The position numbers were made by a program, and so were the translations under genes. Source: Elusimicrobiota bacterium (GTDB lineage: Bacteria > Elusimicrobiota > Elusimicrobia > Elusimicrobiales > UBA9959). Taken from it: a stretch of 10,337 bases of DNA. Under the pieces are notes generated by a model that worked only from the letters and a program-made list of their open reading frames with translations, searched no databases and was not told the origin of the DNA. Positions 6,918-10,337 of this stretch are shown here, piece by piece (the first letter of the stretch is position 1; the number at the start of each line of letters is the position of its first letter). The stretch lies in assembly GCA_037137395.1 (NCBI GenBank), contig JBAXKK010000084.1:1-10337 (forward strand). The letters are read 5' to 3'.

Positions 6918-8431
6918 CGCCAACCGTCGCCGCTGAAATACTTAAATTTTTTGAAGAAGCACACATCGTCGGCGGGGCGGTGCGGGATGCCGTACTGAAA
7001 AAGCCGGTTAAAGATCTGGATTTAGCCGTTAAAGGCGGACCGGATTTTAGCCTCAAGGTCAGAAAGCTCGCCCACAGGCTTAAGGCGTCGGTCTTCATGC
7101 TGGATGAAGAGCGCCAAGTGGCGCGCCTGACCCAGCTGGTCAGCGCGGGCGCGACGGGGAGGGGACTCCAGCTGGACATATCTCCCTTCCAGGGCAAAGA
7201 CCTATTGGAAGACTTGCGCCGACGCGATTTTACCGTCAACGCGATGGCCCTTCCTTTAACAGCCTCTTTCCGTCCGCTCCCGGACAAAAAGACCGGCCTG
7301 TTTAAACTGCCCTCGGTCAAAAAAACGGATATCATAGATCCGACCGGCGGCCTGAAGGACCTTAAATCCAAAACCATACGCCTGGTAAGCCCTGAAGCCC
7401 TCACTGAAGATCCCTTGCGCCTTCTGCGGGCTTTCAGATTTTCAACGACACTGGGATTCAAGATCGAACCTAAAACTCTTAAACTTATCAAGTTCCGCTC
7501 CGCGCTGATAATAAAATCCGCCCCGGAACGAATACACGATGAACTGCTTGTAATATTGGCGTCTCCGGCTTCCGCGGCCAGAATAAAAGAACTTTATGCG
7601 GCCGGGCTTTTGACAGCCATACTGCCGGAGCTTGAAGCGCAGCGCACCTGTGCCGAAGGCTACTATGGCCATGGCGGAGTACTGAAGCACACTTTTGCCG
7701 TTATGGAAAGGATGGACCGACTGTTTGAAGATATCGGCGCCTACATACCCAACTGGAGCAGGATAAGCGAGTTTTTCGCGGAGAAAGATATTTTAAAACT
7801 GGCGGCCCTGCTGCACGATGTGGCAAAACCGCCCTGCGCCCGCATGATCAACGGCCGCCTGCGCTTCTTCGGTCATGAAGAGCATGGGGCCGCGGTCAGT
7901 TGGCGCATCATGGAACGCCTGCGCTTTTCAAGGGACCACAGCAAACTCCTCTCGAAAATAATCGGCAATCACCTTCGTCCCGGCAACCTGGCATCCAACG
8001 ACGCCATTTCGGACAGGGCTATCTTCCGCTTTTTCCGCACCATGGGTGAATACACCGTGCCCCTGCTTATCCTTTCCTGGGCCGACCACTCAAGCTATAT
8101 CACTCTGGCCCAGCTTCGTTCAATCCGCAACAGGATGAAAGAAACACCTTTCGCTATTCCAAAAGGCGGATTGCCTCAGGACGGCATTAAAAAAACCCTG
8201 CGGTTCCTCCAGGTGCTAAACCTGCTTTTTAAGGTCTATATTTCCAAGAATATTAAACTGAAGACCCTGCGCCTTATCGACGGCCACGATGTCATAAAGA
8301 CCCTGAAGATGAAGTCGGGGCCCGAAGTGGGGGAGATGTTGGAAAAAGTCAGACTGCGCCAGTTCGAAGGCAAAATAAAAACCCGCCGTCAGGCCCTGCA
8401 CTACCTCAACAGCTTAAAGAAAAAAGATTAG
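6914..8431 (+). CDS. Class II tRNA nucleotidyltransferase / poly(A) polymerase family protein with HD domain (probably CC-adding type)
   Basis: VGGAVRD, DLD, EDLRRRDFTVNAMA, DPTGGLKDL, EDPLRLLRAFRF, ERIHDEL, LLHDVAKP and C-terminal DGHDV...GPEVG motifs. ATGA overlap with the upstream gene. Confidence 0.9.
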   Translation: MTPTVAAEILKFFEEAHIVGGAVRDAVLKKPVKDLDLAVKGGPDFSLKVRKLAHRLKASVFMLDEERQVARLTQLVSAGATGRGLQLDISPFQGKDLLEDLRRRDFTVNAMALPLTASFRPLPDKKTGLFKLPSVKKTDIIDPTGGLKDLKSKTIRLVSPEALTEDPLRLLRAFRFSTTLGFKIEPKTLKLIKFRSALIIKSAPERIHDELLVILASPASAARIKELYAAGLLTAILPELEAQRTCAEGYYGHGGVLKHTFAVMERMDRLFEDIGAYIPNWSRISEFFAEKDILKLAALLHDVAKPPCARMINGRLRFFGHEEHGAAVSWRIMERLRFSRDHSKLLSKIIGNHLRPGNLASNDAISDRAIFRFFRTMGEYTVPLLILSWADHSSYITLAQLRSIRNRMKETPFAIPKGGLPQDGIKKTLRFLQVLNLLFKVYISKNIKLKTLRLIDGHDVIKTLKMKSGPEVGEMLEKVRLRQFEGKIKTRRQALHYLNSLKKKD

Positions 8432-8432
8432 C

Positions 8433-8543
8433 ATGCCAAGATGCAAAGCAATCTAGAGGCAAAGCAGTCGGACGACCGGCTTTTCATCTAAATTGCTTTA
8501 CATCCAAATTGCTAGATTGCTTTACATCCAAATCCCTAGATTG
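8433..8543. repeat. Inverted array of degenerate octamers, same family as array A (array B)
   Basis: Left arm atgccaag atgcaaag caatctag aggcaaag. Centre cagtcggacgaccgg, containing a GTC-GGAC-GAC mini hairpin. Right arm cttttcat ctaaattg ctttacat ccaaattg ctagattg ctttacat ccaaatcc ctagattg. Confidence 0.88.
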
Positions 8544-8682
8544 CGCCGCCGGGCAGGTCTTTAGACCTACAAATCCATGGGTCTCATTTCCTTTAAAACA
8601 TGTACTTAAGACCCATAAAGATTACGCCATTTTAAGTTAAAATATAATTGTTGAACAAGCGGACAGGAGGCCAGTTATAAAA

Positions 8683-9360
8683 ATGCGATCACCCATAGCC
8701 GCAGTCCTTGCAGTAATTTTCGCGATCGGCGCGATCTTCGCAAATACCGGCATGGCCGCTTCTCCGGCCGCGTCATCATCCACCACCGGCGCGGTTAAGG
8801 CTAACAGGCCTGATTCTATCCAGACAGTCAGAATGAAGAACACTCTCTCAAAACTTATACGCCAGGATGATTTCCTCGACGAAGCGCTGGAAACTCTTGA
8901 GTCCGCGAACGGAAAGCTTTCAGCACACAACATGTTAGCCCTGGGCCTGAGCTTCAAGATTATAAAATCAGACTTGGACGCGATTTCAGCTCTGAATAAA
9001 AAGGAGTTCTCGGAAGTTCAGCCGGAGCCCGGAGCGACAACCTACACCAAGACGATATTAAGTTATAGCCGCTCTATTTCGCAAAAAATCATAAAGATCA
9101 GCGGCCTGGTTGCCAAAGCCTCCCGCACTAATAAAAAATTGGCGATGCGCGATGCCGTAATATCTCCCGATTCTTCTGGTTCACAGGCGCGCGGCACAGG
9201 CAGGCCCCCTTACAAGAAGACCGGAAACGGAAAAAAATTGACCCAAATTCTAGAAGAGCAAAAAGCCGTGGAAAGACTCTCGTCCGACATCCAGATCCTC
9301 AAAACCGCCTCCAGGCAACTGAACGCCACCAGCAAGTGGCTGTATATCGTCTCAAAATAA
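8683..9360 (+). CDS. Hypothetical secreted protein, basic and probably alpha-helical
   Basis: 225 aa ORF with AGGAGG at 8665-8670 and TATAAT at 8643-8648. Signal-peptide-like N-terminus (MRSPIAAVLAVIFAIGAIFANTGMA-A) followed by an Ala/Ser linker. No family recognised. Confidence 0.75.
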   Translation: MRSPIAAVLAVIFAIGAIFANTGMAASPAASSSTTGAVKANRPDSIQTVRMKNTLSKLIRQDDFLDEALETLESANGKLSAHNMLALGLSFKIIKSDLDAISALNKKEFSEVQPEPGATTYTKTILSYSRSISQKIIKISGLVAKASRTNKKLAMRDAVISPDSSGSQARGTGRPPYKKTGNGKKLTQILEEQKAVERLSSDIQILKTASRQLNATSKWLYIVSK

Positions 9361-9365
9361 AATCT

Positions 9366-9569
9366 GCCATAAGCCGTAGGCCATACGCTATAAGCAAAAA
9401 TGCCATTAGCTGTATGCTGTCTGCCATAGGCAGAAAAGAACTGCCATTTGCTATTCGCCGTACGCCATATGCTTTAAAGGTGTTCCCTGATTTTTCTGCG
9501 AATGGCTAATGGCAAACGGGGCAAATGGCGTTTTACTCTGCGAATGGCCAATGGCTAAAGGCAAATGGC
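9366..9569. repeat. Inverted modular heptamer array GCYRTWN / NAAHGGC (array E)
   Basis: Three forward blocks of 4 heptamers + GC start at 9366, 9402 and 9443. Two reverse-complement blocks of GC + 4 heptamers start at 9498 and 9540. Confidence 0.9.
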
Positions 9570-9576
9570 GTCTATA

Positions 9577-9606
9577 TTGGCGGCGGTGTGCATGATTTTG
9601 TAGAAT
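9577..9606 (+). promoter_or_regulatory. Putative promoter for folE, probably leaderless
   Basis: TTGGCG (9577-9582), 18 nt spacer, TAGAAT (9601-9606), 7 nt, then ATG 9614. No Shine-Dalgarno. Confidence 0.55.
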
Positions 9607-9613
9607 TATCTTC

Positions 9614-10168
9614 ATGAGCTCAAAGACTGAACAACATATTTATGGACTGCTAAAGGAAATCGGCGAGGATCCCGAAAGGGAGGGGCTAAGAAAAACGCCG
9701 GGCAGAGTTGCCAGGGCTATGGCTGAAATCACGGCCGGCTACCATATCGACATAGATAAAATCTTAAATGGCGCCTTTTTTAAGGTGAATTATAAAGAGA
9801 TGGTTATAGTAAACGACATCTCCTTTTATTCGCTCTGTGAGCACCACATGCTGCCATTCTTCGGCAAAGCCCATATCGCATATATTCCCGATGGAAAGAT
9901 AATAGGCCTTTCAAAAATTCCGCGCCTGGTGGATGCTTTTGCGAAACGCCTTCAAGTCCAGGAAAGGCTGACTATTCAGATCGCTGAAACTATTTTCCAG
10001 AAGCTAAAACCCAAAGGCGTGGGAGTAGTGCTTGAAGCCCAGCACCTCTGCATGACAATGCGCGGCGTAAAAAACTCCTCATCCTTCGCAACCACCAGTT
10101 CCATGCTTGGAGTCTTTCAGAAAGACAACCGGGTCAGGGAAGAATTCCTGAACCTCATAAAGAAATAA
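9614..10168 (+). CDS. folE: GTP cyclohydrolase I
   Basis: [47 protein letters not shown] and HLCMTMRGV motifs. Confidence 0.97.
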   Translation: MSSKTEQHIYGLLKEIGEDPEREGLRKTPGRVARAMAEITAGYHIDIDKILNGAFFKVNYKEMVIVNDISFYSLCEHHMLPFFGKAHIAYIPDGKIIGLSKIPRLVDAFAKRLQVQERLTIQIAETIFQKLKPKGVGVVLEAQHLCMTMRGVKNSSSFATTSSMLGVFQKDNRVREEFLNLIKK

Positions 10169-10176
10169 TAATTATA

Positions 10177-10205
10177 TTGATATTAAGCGAACTTTTAAGT
10201 AAAAT
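10177..10205 (+). promoter_or_regulatory. Putative sigma70 promoter for the tRNA gene
   Basis: TTGATA (10177-10182), 17 nt spacer, TAAAAT (10200-10205). Confidence 0.6.
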
Positions 10206-10258
10206 TTACAAGTCTTGTTCTTTAAATGCTCTGAAGGTAGGCGCGGGGTGCTATATAG

Positions 10259-10332
10259 GCGGGCGTGGTTCAATGGTAGAACGGAAGCTTCCCAAGCTTT
10301 AGACGTGGGTTCGATTCCCATCGCCCGCTCCA
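10259..10332 (+). tRNA. tRNA-Gly (anticodon CCC), 74 nt, CCA encoded
   Basis: Acceptor stem GCGGGCG/CGCCCGC, D arm GTTC-AATGGTA-GAAC, anticodon arm GAAGC-TTCCCAA-GCTTT, T arm GTGGG-TTCGATT-CCCAT, discriminator T followed by CCA. Confidence 0.97.
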
Positions 10333-10337
10333 GATTT

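Noticed and set aside
7132..7175. CCAGCTGG direct repeat 36 bp apart flanking a GC-rich stretch in the nucleotidyltransferase, a possible in-frame insertion with target duplication
   Set aside because: It is explained by two Gln-Leu codon pairs in a naturally variable loop, and cannot be supported without orthologue alignment.
9366..9569. CRISPR array interpretation of the ~30-bp blocks (and of the other arrays)
   Set aside because: The blocks are not identical repeats, the linkers are only about 6-25 bp and low in complexity, orientation flips midway, and there are no cas genes in the window.
10259..10337. tRNA-Gly as an integration (att) site for an island
   Set aside because: No duplicate of the tRNA 3' end and no integrase were seen in this window. 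Any island would lie beyond the window edge.

Overview
Bacterial chromosomal window with mostly housekeeping or metabolic genes: a 5'-truncated DUF985 cupin, a radical SAM/twitch-SPASM enzyme, a PAP2 class A acid phosphatase lipoprotein (- strand), an M20 peptidase T-like hydrolase, an MFS transporter, a long-chain acyl-CoA ligase coupled to an HD-domain tRNA nucleotidyltransferase, an orphan secreted helical protein, folE and tRNA-Gly(CCC). The unusual signal is non-coding. Five consecutive intergenic gaps between 2.1 and 9.6 kb are each filled by a phased array of degenerate 7-bp or 8-bp units. Three of the arrays switch orientation internally, giving inverted arms. Two of these, about 6.3 kb apart, share the same octamer vocabulary. 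One array has a higher-order 48/24-bp structure, and one is built from five modules of four heptamers each. None is a CRISPR array, and no transposase or recombinase is encoded in the window. The nucleotidyltransferase appears to lack the flexible loop, as in CC-adding enzymes, and at least two genes look leaderless.
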